A DNA stretch of 62,942 nt, the filler included, from Fonticula-like sp. SCN 57-25 (lineage: Eukaryota), in assembly GCA_001724245.1 (NCBI GenBank). It is 3 parts of 3 records of this genome, joined end to end, with 100 filler letters (N's around TTAATTAATTAA, not from the genome) between each part and the next. Parts side by side here need not be neighbours in the genome. Positions count along the whole stretch, not along the records: positions 1 to 21,173 come from MEDX01000086.1; positions 21,274 to 42,262 come from MEDX01000087.1; 1 more part is not named here. One strand, 5' to 3'. Position numbers and translations under genes: made by a program. Below the pieces are notes generated by a model that made no database searches, was not told the origin of the DNA, and was given only the letters and a program-made list of their open reading frames with translations. Shown here in pieces: positions 14,701 through 25,634 of the stretch. Each line of letters opens with the position of its first letter. Within the stretch, counting starts at the first letter, position 1.

Positions 14701-16897
14701 GCAAATCTGCCTTTGGCGTCCACTTGATAGAGAAGGTAGGGGCGTCCGGATGAGCAAGCGAAGGGAGCGAGATCGGCGCCGTCGCCTCGCCAAATCGGAA
14801 TTCTGCCTTTGTCGCCTTTACAGACGGCACATCAAAGACCGACTGCCCGTTCGTTGCGTCAAAGGCCTTGACTTTGCCTTCATCATTCCAAATTGAAACG
14901 GACATGCGCTCCGTCGAAGAAAAAATCGTAGACGAAGCCTTTTCCTTGACCGTCAATGTCCATCCTCCCCGCCGATTGGGGGTTGCCGAAGTAACAAGCT
15001 CGGGCAGGATGCACAAGCAGCGATTCTGCGAGGCTGCCTCGATGTTGTCGTACAGAATCACCGCCACCTTGGTCAGGACTGGCTCGACCGTTGCAGGGAC
15101 GCTAGCCTCAACAGACGCGTCCCTTTTGAACGACATCGTGTGGTCGACAGCGCTAGGCGCAGAGCCAACCCGAAGAATGACAGGAACGTGATCGGGAATC
15201 GCAGGCTTGAAGGAAGCCTTGCACATCCAGCTCATACCATCACGCTCTTTTTCCCAAACGAGTGAAGCGATGACCTTTTCAGGAGGAATGTACAAGTCGG
15301 CCACCTCGTCATAAAGAACCTGGCTTCCAAATTTGACCACTACGGAAGCCAAAGTGGCCGCCGCGGACACCGGAAGAGACTTGAGCATAGTCTTGGAATT
15401 TCCTGGATCGAGTTTCACCAACTTGTCCATCACAAAAAACTCCATGCTCTCCTTTGCCGCGAGCTCGCGCGAGAGCTCGAGTTCGAAAATTAAGCCGCTC
15501 TTTGTCACCTTCTTGGCAAATGACAAGACACTCAAAGCACTATTTCCCGGGGCCGACACCTCGCTCGTGTTGCTGAATTGAGGCGGAGTTGGCTGAGCCA
15601 GCTGCTTGTTTCCATCGCCGGCGACATCCGCGCGAGATACCTCGCCGGTCTGCGTAGCACCGCCGCTGCGCCCTTCAAGGCGGGCGTCTCTGAAACCTTG
15701 CGGTTCGAATCCTGCGGCTGCTCATCGGTGCTCGATGTCGACGCCAGCTTCTTGGGGTCTTTCTTACCTGCGCCGCTCCCAGCGCTGATCTCAGTAGGCT
15801 TGTTCGCAGTAGAGGACGCATTCGCCGCCTTCTTGCTGCCCGCGGGCTTCGCATCAACCACATCTTCGCCACTCTGGGCACCAGCAGCAGGCTGCTTGGC
15901 CGTCGTCTTGCTGTCCGCAGGCTTCTTGTCATCGATGACCTCGCCACTCTTGGCACCTACAGCAGGCTTCTGAGTCTTGGTGGACGCTTCAGTCGCCTCT
16001 TGCTTGCTGCTTGTCGGCTGCGCAGACTGCGTGGTCTCGGTGGATGCCTCGGCCACCTCTTGCTTGGCGCTCGCGGGCTCGGAGCTGTCGGCAGAAGCAT
16101 TCAAAGCATTGCTGCCAGTGGCGGGCTTGGCTTCGTCGTCGCCCAGGGGTGTGGCTTCAGAGGCCGGACGCGTCGAGTCGGGGATTGAGGTCATCTCCTC
16201 AGTGTGCGCTGCGGTCAAAGGCTGCGGCTCGCGTGAGTTCGAAGGTTTGGCGGTCGCACCGTCAGCGACCTGCGGATCGCTCGGAGCGACCGGGTTGTCG
16301 CCTGCGGCAGGGAAACCGCCTACCTGTGGCGATGCCACCTGACCATCGGCCGCACTGCCGTTTGACGACGCGCCCGCTGTAGCGGTGTCTTGTACCACAA
16401 CAGCAGGCGGGGCGCGGGCCGCGAAAGGCCACACGCGCGGACGATCTGCCGCGGGAGCCAAAGGACCAGACAAACGCCTCTCCGCTGGAGTCATATTCAC
16501 TTCAATGGGCAGCAGCGATGGTGTGATGGGCTGCGCATGTTCGTCGCTCCAGTTGAGCGGCGGGAGGCCGCGGTCGGTGTGGAGCGCGGCGTTGGTTGTG
16601 GGGTACCAAATGGAGGGAGTCCAGTCGATGTCGTGCACAAGCCCACGCATAAAAATTGGATTCATGGCGGAATATTCGGTATCCACAAGCACCTTCATGG
16701 CGCCATCCTACGCGAGTGGTCAGCATTGAGCAGGTCATGTCGACATTACGCACGATTGGCTCTGCAGCCGAAACAGAGAGCGTGGAGGATCGCCCAAATG
16801 TACCGGAAACTGTGCACAAGTTAGCAAAAACGCGTCATAAGAAAGCTCAAAACGCACGGCCTGAACCGCCGCCCGGTATCGGGCGCTGCGGGTTCAT
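2786..16897 (-). CDS. giant RNF213/mysterin-like dynein-related AAA+ ATPase, multi-exon
   Basis: RNF213-type motifs occur in order: SSHAGTGKS, IPVIIMGETGCGKT, WVFLDEIN, ACNPY, VSLRDVAR, LLENVF, PVFLVGKPGSSKSLS, LLDEVGLA, NPLKVLH, GISNWSLDAAKMNRA, LYDMLNQNY, FLNRFEKH. The ORFs can be joined by short GT-AG introns. The inferred first exon is MNPQRPIPGGGSG with ATG at 16897. Confidence 0.85.
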
Positions 16898-17048
16898 CTT
16901 GGCGGCGAAAGGGAAACTGCCGTGCAGCCTGCGGCCTGCAGTCTGCCTGCCACCTGTCTGCCAACAAAAAGTTTGCAAGCGTGATTCGGCCAATCACAAA
17001 GCTTGATCAATTCAGTTTGCAGTTTGCCGTGTGGCGTCATCGACAACA
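16898..17048. promoter_or_regulatory. putative bidirectional promoter between the RNF213-like and RNF14-like genes
   Basis: About 150 bp separates the two divergent start codons. The gap contains a CCAAT box (GGCCAATCA, ~16988) and CAGTTTGCAGTTTGC (17013-17027). Confidence 0.55.
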
Positions 17049-18359
17049 ATGGAGCGGAGGCTCGACGAGGCGCGAGCCCTGGAGGCGATTTACGGGCCGG
17101 ACTCCTTCGTCTACCAGGTGGTCTCTTCGAATGAAGTCAAAGGTCAGCTTAGCCTGAGTGCTCGCCTTCCCGATGAAGGCGTTATTATTCGAGCCGGCAC
17201 GCTTCCCGACCGCACGCTGCGTCATCTGCCGCCCCTCGTCGTGAGCTTTACGCTACCAGAAAACTACCCTGACCGCGAGCCGCCCACGGTGCGACTTTCG
17301 TGCTCGTGGCTTCCAGTGGACGATATCGACGCAATTGTGCAGGAAGCGGCGGATCTCTTTGTCGAAGGCTCGGAAAGCGTCTTTGTCATGGTCGACCGCA
17401 TTGTGGAGCGCGCGTCCGATGTGGCGGCCGGCGGCATCTCCTTGGACAAACGTGCGCATCCTGCCCACCTGTCATCTTCTCACTTATCTGTCTTTATCCA
17501 GTGACCGTGACCGACAATGTGCGCGCCGCTACGCTTGCCCTGCAAAACCTGGAGGCGTTTGATCGCACCGCGCGCCAAAAGGTGCGACTCTGCCTCATCC
17601 TCGCCGCTGCTAACCCTCGCAAAGGAATTTGACGAGAGCACGGTGACGTGCATGATTTGCTTTTCCTCATATGAAGGCTCGCGCTGCCTCATGCTGAGCC
17701 AGTGCGAGCACTCATTCTGCCGCGACTGCCTCGGCGGCCTTGTTGAGGTTGCCATCAAGGACGGCAGCTGGGCGGCCCTCGTGTGCCCCGACATGGGCTG
17801 CAAGAAGCAACTCATGCCCGTGGATGTGCAGCAAATTGTGCCCGCCGACCGCCTTGAAAAGTACGAGGAAGTCATGCTGCAAACGGCGCTGCGAACCATG
17901 TCGGACCTTGTGTACTGCCCGCGGCCAATATGCCGGTCGCCCGTCATCCGCGCCGACGCCGCCGACAAGCTCTGCATTTGCGGCAGCTGCAGCTTTGTCT
18001 TTTGCGCCATGTGTTTTAGGTCGTTCCACGGGCCGTCGGACTGCCGAGCCGACTCGGGGATTATCAGAGAGTTCATGGCGGCCGACGAGGACCACCGCCA
18101 GCAGCTTGAGATTATGTACGGCCAGGCGACATTTAGGCGAGCACTGGAAGAGTTTGCCAGCGTCGAGTTCCTTAAGAGCACGTCGACAAAGTGCCCCAAC
18201 TGTTTGACAAACGTCCACAAGATTGAGGGGTGCAACAAGATGCACTGCTCCATCTGCGACACCAACTTTTGCTATCTCTGCGGGGCAAAGCTCGGCGCAA
18301 TACCGTACCGCCACTTTGACCAAGACACGTCACCGTGCCACATGCGCCTCTTTGACTAG
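17049..18359 (+). CDS. RNF14: RWD-domain RBR E3 ubiquitin ligase (RNF14/ARA54/Itt1-like)
   Basis: RWD domain (EARALEAIY, HLPPL, LPENYP..PP), RING1 (CMICF...CEHSFCRDC...CPDMGC), IBR (YCPRPIC...CGSCSFVFCAMC..FHG) and RING2 (CPNC...KIEGCNKMHCSICDTNFCYLC) with the catalytic Cys retained. Confidence 0.9.
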
Positions 18360-18484
18360 CCAAGTGTTTCCGTGTATTACTTTCCCATATGTTTGTATTG
18401 ACTTTTGCCGTGTACAATAATACTACCTATTCTGCTATCTCGATGCCCTAATTGATCACACATTCACACTTTGCACAACCGCGC

Positions 18485-21173
18485 TCACATTGCCTCGTCG
18501 TCCTGCGCCTCCCCCTGAGCCTCGCCCGCATGGCCCACGAGCGCCCAGTCGTCCTGGTCCATCTCCTGCTCCATGCCCGCGTGATCAGTACACCACATAA
18601 GCCCCTCATTGACGAGCACAACAACGTTTGGCGCCAGCTGCCCCGCCGGCACAGTGAGCGGCTCTGGCTTGTCGCGCGTGATGCGGACGACGCCTTCGCC
18701 AGCAGCCGACACGCTCTTGATCATGCGCAGCCGCTGCCGGTCGACAAGGCTCCCCTTGCTGACAATGACAACATGCTCGGTCGTGACGGCAAACATCCAC
18801 GGCACGTCTGCGCCGCCACCGGACCCGCCCTTGAGCTTGGCGAACCCGCGGGCGGCCGCCGGTGCGGCCATCCACTCGACGAACGCGAGCATTGACTCGT
18901 GCGCAAACCGCCCACCATCAACCTTTTTGAGGAGCGCGGCGGCGGTCGCCTCGCGCGCGTTGTACGGCCGCAAGACGCCATCTACGGCAAAGAAGCGCGG
19001 CGTCCGCACACGCTGCACGAGCGTGCCTGACCCGCCGCCGGCGACCATGTCGGCCGTGTTCTTGATGCCCGTCGTGATGTGCGACGCGCCGTCAAACACG
19101 CCAACGACCGGCTTGGTGACGAGGCCGGCCACGCCCTTGCCGACGCCCTTGAAAAAGCCGCCGACGCCCTCTGACTTGGCGCCCTGCACGGGCTGCAAAA
19201 ACACGCCGGTGACACCGCTGCCGACGCCCATGGCAATAGACTTTGCGCCCGCCGCCATGCCCGTCAGCACGTTGGTCGCCGAGCCTGAGCCGGTGGACGC
19301 GCGCGCCGCCTTGTCGCGGCGCCGCGATTCTTGAAAGTCGGCGTCAAAGGTGGCCTCGGCGAGACCCGTGCCGACCGACGCAGTGATGCGCGAAATGCCG
19401 TCCACGAGGCCAAACACAGAGTTTTTCAGGAGCGACGCCGTGCCGCGGCCGACGCCCTTGGCAAAGTCCTGCGGTGAGCGCACGATGCCCTGGTACGGCT
19501 CGTAGAAAAAGTCGTCCACGCCCGAAGCGAGATTGGAGAAAAAGTTGACTGGGTTGCCGAGCGTGTCGACCGACAGCACGACCTTGTACAGCTCGGCGAC
19601 AACCTGCTTGGCATAGTGGTTGCCCAGCCGCGTGCCAATCTCGGGCATCGGCATGGACGCGTGAACCAGCTCGAGCGCGTTGAACCCGAGCGGCGCGTCG
19701 ACCACGTTGCCGAGCGCCGTGCTCAGCACGTTGAACACGATGCCGAGCGTGCGCACAATGAGCCGCGACGACTGCCGTGCGCGCTCGTGGTCCACCTTGC
19801 TTCCGGATGAACGCACAAAGGAAAGGTCGAGGCGGATCGGCTGCAGCTGCAGCACCTCAAAGTACACCTCGCGCGCCGCCGCTTCAGTCGCCTCACTCGA
19901 GGGCCGGATCGACGCGAGCGCCTTGCTCAGTGCCGTCGAGTTGCCTTCGCCAATCCAGTTGGCGAGCACCGTGCCGGCGTCCGAGGCGCCGTCCTGCGCG
20001 TCGCGGCCGCCCTCCTCGAGCGAGTCGCGCAGCATCTTGACGAGCCGCACGACGACCGCCTCCTCCACCTTGATCGACAGCTCCTTGAGCAGGATGCTCG
20101 CGTAGCGCACGTGCAGCACGCCCATCGAAGACGTTGCCTTGCCAAGGTCGACAATGATGACGGCGCGCAGCAGCGGGTCCTCTTCGGGGCTCGGGAGCCG
20201 CGCTGAAGAGGCCTTGCTACGCGCATTGCCGGCGCGCAGCGCGCGAGAAAGCATGACGGGGTACAGCGGCTCGTGCAGCTGGTTGTCCACCTGGATCGCC
20301 TGCAGCTGCACCTCGAGGCTTGCCTCGCTGTTGTGCGCCATCAGCATCTTGACCATCGGTCGCGTCAGCCGAATGTACATGAGCTCGCGCGGAGCCGCGC
20401 TCGAGATCGACAGGCCAATGCCGGGGAGCGACAGCGAAACGGAAAGCACATTCCGCAGCGGACTGCTGTCGCTCGAAAAGGTCGTCATGGTCGTCTGCAT
20501 CGTGCTCAGCCGCGACGTCGACTTTGACGACGACCGCATATCGGGCGTGTTGTACTCGATGTGGATATTGCGCACGCCCTGCTCGAGCGTCGTGGTCAAA
20601 ATATACTTTTTCCCGCCCGCCCGTAGCTTGCTGCGCTTCCCGATGGCCGCCGGGTCGACCGTCACATGCTCGCCGCTGCACCAGAAATCGAGGCGGCGGA
20701 GCGGCGCCGACGGCGCGTCCCAGCAGTAGGGCAGCACCTGACGCGGCCCGACCGTGTGCGTCTCGTGGCCGTGACGCATCGCCGCGGCCGGAAGTGCCTC
20801 GTCGCTTGCGCTCTCCATCCGCTCAGCGACCCACTCGGCCGACGGCTGGCCAAAGTCAAACGACTCGCGCGTGTAGTTGCGGATGCACAGCGGGGCAGTC
20901 GCACGGAGGCCGTGCACGACAATGCGGATCGTCGAGGCAACCTCGCTGCCGTCGTCGTCACATGAGATTGAAAGGCGCATAACGCTCCCGCCATTGTTGC
21001 GCGCAATGCGCACAAACATGTCACCCATTACGGACGCGGCGATCGGCGCGGACCAGCCGACAGAGTCCGCCGTCTGGATGCAAAAGTAGCGCTTGGCGGC
21101 GTCCAGTGCCCTAAAGTGCGGCACGGCGTGCTCATTCGGGCGAAGCTGCAGCATACACCCTTCGGTAACTGCT
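18485..21173 (-). CDS. VPS13: VPS13 family lipid-transfer protein, C-terminal part (5' truncated at contig end)
   Basis: PYCWDAP, LPGIGLSI..RELMY, IQVDNQL..LYPV, YFEVLQLQPI, DTLGNPV..DFFYEPYQG, PVQGAKSEGVGGFFKGVGKG..KPVVG and RVRTPR, followed by a PH-like tail. Confidence 0.93.
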
Positions 21174-21273
21174 NNNNNNNNNNNNNNNNNNNNNNNNNNN
21201 NNNNNNNNNNNNNNNNNTTAATTAATTAANNNNNNNNNNNNNNNNNNNNNNNNNNNNNNNNNNNNNNNNNNNN
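21174..21273. other. artificial contig-joining spacer (N44-TTAATTAATTAA-N44)
   Basis: Exactly 100 nt with a central 12-mer that gives stops in all six frames. Genes on both sides are cut off. Confidence 0.97.
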
Positions 21274-22992
21274 GCCGACCGCGCGACGGGCTTGGCGGCC
21301 ACGTTGCTCCTCGAGGCGGTCGTCATTGTCTTTAGCGTCGTGGCGGCCGGCACCACAGGCGCGTCGCCCGTCTGCCACAGCACGCTCGGGTCGCTCAGCA
21401 CGTCAAGGTAACGCACGCCGCGCACAAGGAACGGCCGCTTCTCCTCGGCCTCCCACGCAGCAAGCTTCTCCTTCAGCTGCTTCTCAATAAGGGGGATCCG
21501 CTTCTGGAACCGCGTGCGGCTCTTGCCTTCCTCAAGAAGATTAATCGGGCGCTTGCGGTTCATAAGGCGGCTGCTGTCGCTCGTCATCCGCTGCAAACCG
21601 CAACACGATCAGTACACGCCGGAAATAAAAGAATATCAAAGCCGTAAACGTACCGTAAACTCTTCAAAGTCCTGCTTGATCTGGCGGTGCTCGTCAAGCA
21701 ACGCCGACACCTGCGTGAACGACTCGAGCTTTACCTTGAGCTTGGCAATCTCCTCCTCGTGGGCGGCAAGCGACTCGTCGGTGAAAACGGCTGGGTGCAG
21801 CAGGAAGCGCGTCAGCAACACAAGCAAAAAAGGGAGGGAATACGCACTGTTGAACGCAATGGCAAACTCGGCACGGCGCTCCTCGGGGTAGTACAGTTGC
21901 TCCCACAGGTCGGCGAGCTCGGCGCGCGCGTCCATGACAAACTGCGGGATAGAGTCGCGCTTGCGCTGGCGGCAGCGCTCAAGCTCCTCGCGGCACTGCC
22001 CGCGTGTCAGCGCTGAAAAAGAAAGAAAAGCGGCAGCGTACGCGTTCCAAGTCAGAGGTAGCGAGCCCCGCGGTGGTGTCCTTGATGGCGCGGCGCTCGG
22101 CTTCGGACACCTTCAGCTTGACCCAGAGCACCTCGAGCTCGACGAGCATGTCGTTCTTCTGGCTGATGCGGCGCGCGCGCTCGTCCTGCAGCACAATACG
22201 CTTGCTCTCAAGCTGACGGAGAAGGTCGCCGTTCACCGTCTGGTCAAGGTCGCGCCTAAGGATGCGTTGGTCAAGATCAGTCTGAGCGTGGATCGCGAGC
22301 TCGGCCCAGAGCTGCACGATCGTGGTGCACGTCTGGCGAGCCTGCTGAGCGCGGTTACGCTGTTCAACAATACGCGTGTCAGTACAAGCACAAAGTAATT
22401 GATAAAGAATTCGGACCTTTTCCTCGTCAAGCTTGCCGAGATCAAGCTCCAACGTCGAGATGCGCGCCGGGGACACGTCCTCGCCGACAGCGACCTCGAT
22501 CACAGGGAGGCCGAGATCGCTGCGCGCCGAACGGATGCGGTCGAGCAGCGAGCGCACGTTATTCAAACGAAGGTTGTAGCGATCCTGGATTGACTTGTGG
22601 ATCTGCAGCAGGAGTTGGTGGTGCTTATCGAGCGTCAGGGAATCAGCCTACGTGGTGTGTCAGCGAAACGCGCAGCGGAGATGGGCCGCGTACATTGGGG
22701 AACGAAGGGCAAAGCTCGCCAAGCAGGAGCGCCATCGACTCGATTTCATTATTCATTTTCGCCAGGGAATTTTTGAGTGACTCGCGGTGATCCTCGGCTT
22801 CCTTGGCGGCGTCGCTGCACATCGCGACGATGCGGGCAAGGAGTTCCTGAGGGAAGGTTAGTCTCTTTCGACAGCGAGGCCCCGGCGTACATTGCGCTTC
22901 TGCGTGCGTGTCTCCTCCGCATAGCCGATTAGCTTCTGCGTATTGTCCAAATGTTCAAGTGCCACCCGCACTTGCTCCTTAATCGACTCCAT
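21274..22992 (-). CDS. PRC1: PRC1/MAP65/Ase1 microtubule-bundling protein (3' truncated)
   Basis: ARAELADLWEQLYY, ESLAAHEEEIAKLK, SDSSRLMNR..NLLEEGKSR..IPLIEKQLKEKLAAWEAEEKRPFLVRGVRYL. ATG at 22992 (MESIKEQV). Confidence 0.88.
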
Positions 22993-23177
22993 TGCTCAGC
23001 AGGCAGCGGCAGCGCGATTCAAGATTGAAAAAAAACGGCGGTAACGGTCAGGGTTGCATCGTATCAGAAATCGTCTCAAGCGCCCTTGGAATTGATTGGA
23101 GGTTGCTTTCAGTCATCTTTCGTTGAACACAACGGTGTGAGACGAACCGGGTGGAAACCGCGCCAAACCAGGGGACG

Positions 23178-25482
23178 ATGGCGCATGCACAGCAGCCCGG
23201 CGCCCTCGATCACGAGCAAGATCTAGTGCGGCTCATAAATGACATTGCTCCGCTGGAAGAAGGCGATTCTCTGAGCGAGAATGATGCCGATGTTACGCGG
23301 ATACCGCTCAATTCTCAACCTCCGTCATCATCATCAGAGCGTACGATGGTTTACACGCGTCGATGCCAAAGCTCACGCGATCCCAGGGTGGTCCGGGGCG
23401 ATGGACGATGTGTTTGAAGGATACACTCTGGAGGATCCACTAGTTGACTTTGATATGCCGCCCGACTTTACCGACATGCAGCCGCAGGCTGGTGCGTGGC
23501 TATCTCGCTTGCCGCGCAGTGTTAACGCGGTGCACAGAGCCGACCAAGCCGACCTTTCTTCCCTTTGAAAAGCTCGTCTCGGATGAGCGCACGCGGGAGC
23601 GTATCGAGTCGCTCACTGCCCACGTGCAGCGCCTTCAGCAGCAGTTGGAAGCGGTGTCGTCCGAGCTGAGCGGCGCGAGGCAGCAAGCCAAGGCCGCCCT
23701 TGGCCGTGCGTTCCCTGGTTTACACCAAGCTGTATCTAATGCACGACTGCAGAGCGCGACGCCGACGTGTCGCGGGCAAAGCAAGAGTGCGCCCTGCTGA
23801 ACGCCAAGGTAGAGCAGCTGCGTGAGCGCGACAAGCAGTGCGTTGGGTTGGAAGAGCTTGTGGCCTCGCGCGACACGCAGCTGGCCGCTCGCGATGCCGA
23901 GTTGAAGGAAAAGGCCGCCGCGGTTGACACGCACCTCGCGACCATTTCTGAATTAACCGAGCGGCTAAAAGAGCGCGACGCTCGTCTGGAGGCGCAGTCG
24001 GCCGAGATCGAGCGCCTTAACGGCGCCCTCGCCGCGCTCGCCGACGGGCACTCTGCGGAAAAATCCGAGCTGGAAGCGTCGCACGCCGAGAAAATGTCTG
24101 CTGCCGAGGAGACGTGCGCTGCGCTGGAGAAGCGCGTTGCCGAACTAGAAGAGCACGCTCGCCAAGCCGCGCAGCTTGCAGAGAGCCAGGCGTCGCTGGC
24201 CGCGCAGCAGCGCGAGTCTGCCGAGCGCGAATCCCAGCTGAGCGCCCAGCTTGCCGAGGCGCAGTCGCGCGCGTCGCAGCTCGAGTCGCAGCTAGAAGAG
24301 CAGAAAAGTGCGACGAAAGCGATCCAGTCGCAGCTGGACGCGAGCGCGCAGCACAACGCGGCGCTCGAGGCGGACCTGCGCGCCGCCAGCGAGACCATTG
24401 AGGAGCGCGCGGCCGACAGCAGCGAGGACGTGAGCCAGGTGCTGTCACAGCTCGCCGTCGAGCAGCGCCTTGTTGAGCAGCTGCGAGCGGAGCTGCAGGC
24501 CGTTGCGGCGGCGGCGGGCGAGGGCGAGCACGCGCTGCTGCTGCAGGAGCGGGGCAGGGTGCGCGACCTCGAGGCGGCGCAGGCACGTCTGCGCGGTGAA
24601 GTGGACGCGGCGCGGCAGGCGCTTGCCAAGGAAGCAGAGCGCACGGCGCAGCTGCAGCAGGCACTTGACGCGGCCAGGCGGGGAGGCGCGGCGGCGGGCG
24701 GCGCACAAGGGCCCGTCTCAGCCGAGCTCGCTGCTGCGCAGCAGCACATTCGGCTCTTGGTACGGCAAAAGGTATACTTTTACGTATTTTCTGACCTTTT
24801 TGTAGCATGAGCGGTGCACGCGCCTTGTGCAGATTTACCAGGGTCTCAAGCAGCGGTCAGAGAGCGCGCAAGCAGAACACGTGACGCAGCTCGAGGCGGT
24901 CCGGAATAGGGCCATTGAGGAGATGCAGCAGCTCTTCCGCTCCGAGTTTCTGCGTCGGGAAGGCGAACTCTTTGAGGTGCTTTTGCAGGAGAAGAAGCGC
25001 CTTTCAGAGGATCTTAATCGGTCGCACCAGCTTGACAAGGCGCACGGTACGATTACATGATTCTTTCCCGCCATGTTACTGATACTTTTGCAGCGCTCGA
25101 GATGCTCCGCCGTGAGCTGAGGCAGCAGACGACCGAGGTGGAGCATTCGCAGTGCCGCCTCGAAAAGGAGGCCGCTTTGCGCACCCTCGACCAGCAGTAC
25201 CGCGCCAAGCTTGCCGTCGTGCGCGACGAGCTGGCGTCGCACATGGAGCGCAGCCTGTCGAGCCTGCCGGCGCCCAGCTACGCGCAGATCCCCGACGCGC
25301 GCGCGGCGAGCAGCAGCGCGTACAATTTTGATAGCGGGAAAATGGCGCGGCAGTACCACGTGGGCGGGCAGGCGAGCTATGAGGCGCCGCAGCGGCCGCA
25401 GTACGCGTCGTATGGGCAGCAGGAGCTGCTGGCCCGCAAATACAGGTCGGCCGAGGCGCCGTACGGTTACGCGTACAAGTGA
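23178..25482 (+). CDS. long coiled-coil protein of unknown function, multi-exon
   Basis: Heptad-rich A/E/Q/L/R ORFs (23767-24810, 24827-25060, 25057-25482) linked by GT-AG introns, ending in a Tyr-rich tail. Confidence 0.7.
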
Positions 25483-25634
25483 GCGTCATATTGCGTCATT
25501 TGGCGCATTGTACAACATGTAGAGCATCATGTAATTTATTGCAATTCCGCATTTAATCTATCCATATCATGCATACTGTACACAAAGGGCATTCATCAAC
25601 CATTTCCGACGCCTGCACATATGGGCGTGCATCG

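Noticed and set aside
21218-21229. TTAATTAATTAA palindrome (also at 42307-42318) as a biological site, e.g. a piggyBac TTAA target
   Set aside because: It is centred in identical N44 flanks and is a synthetic six-frame stop linker.
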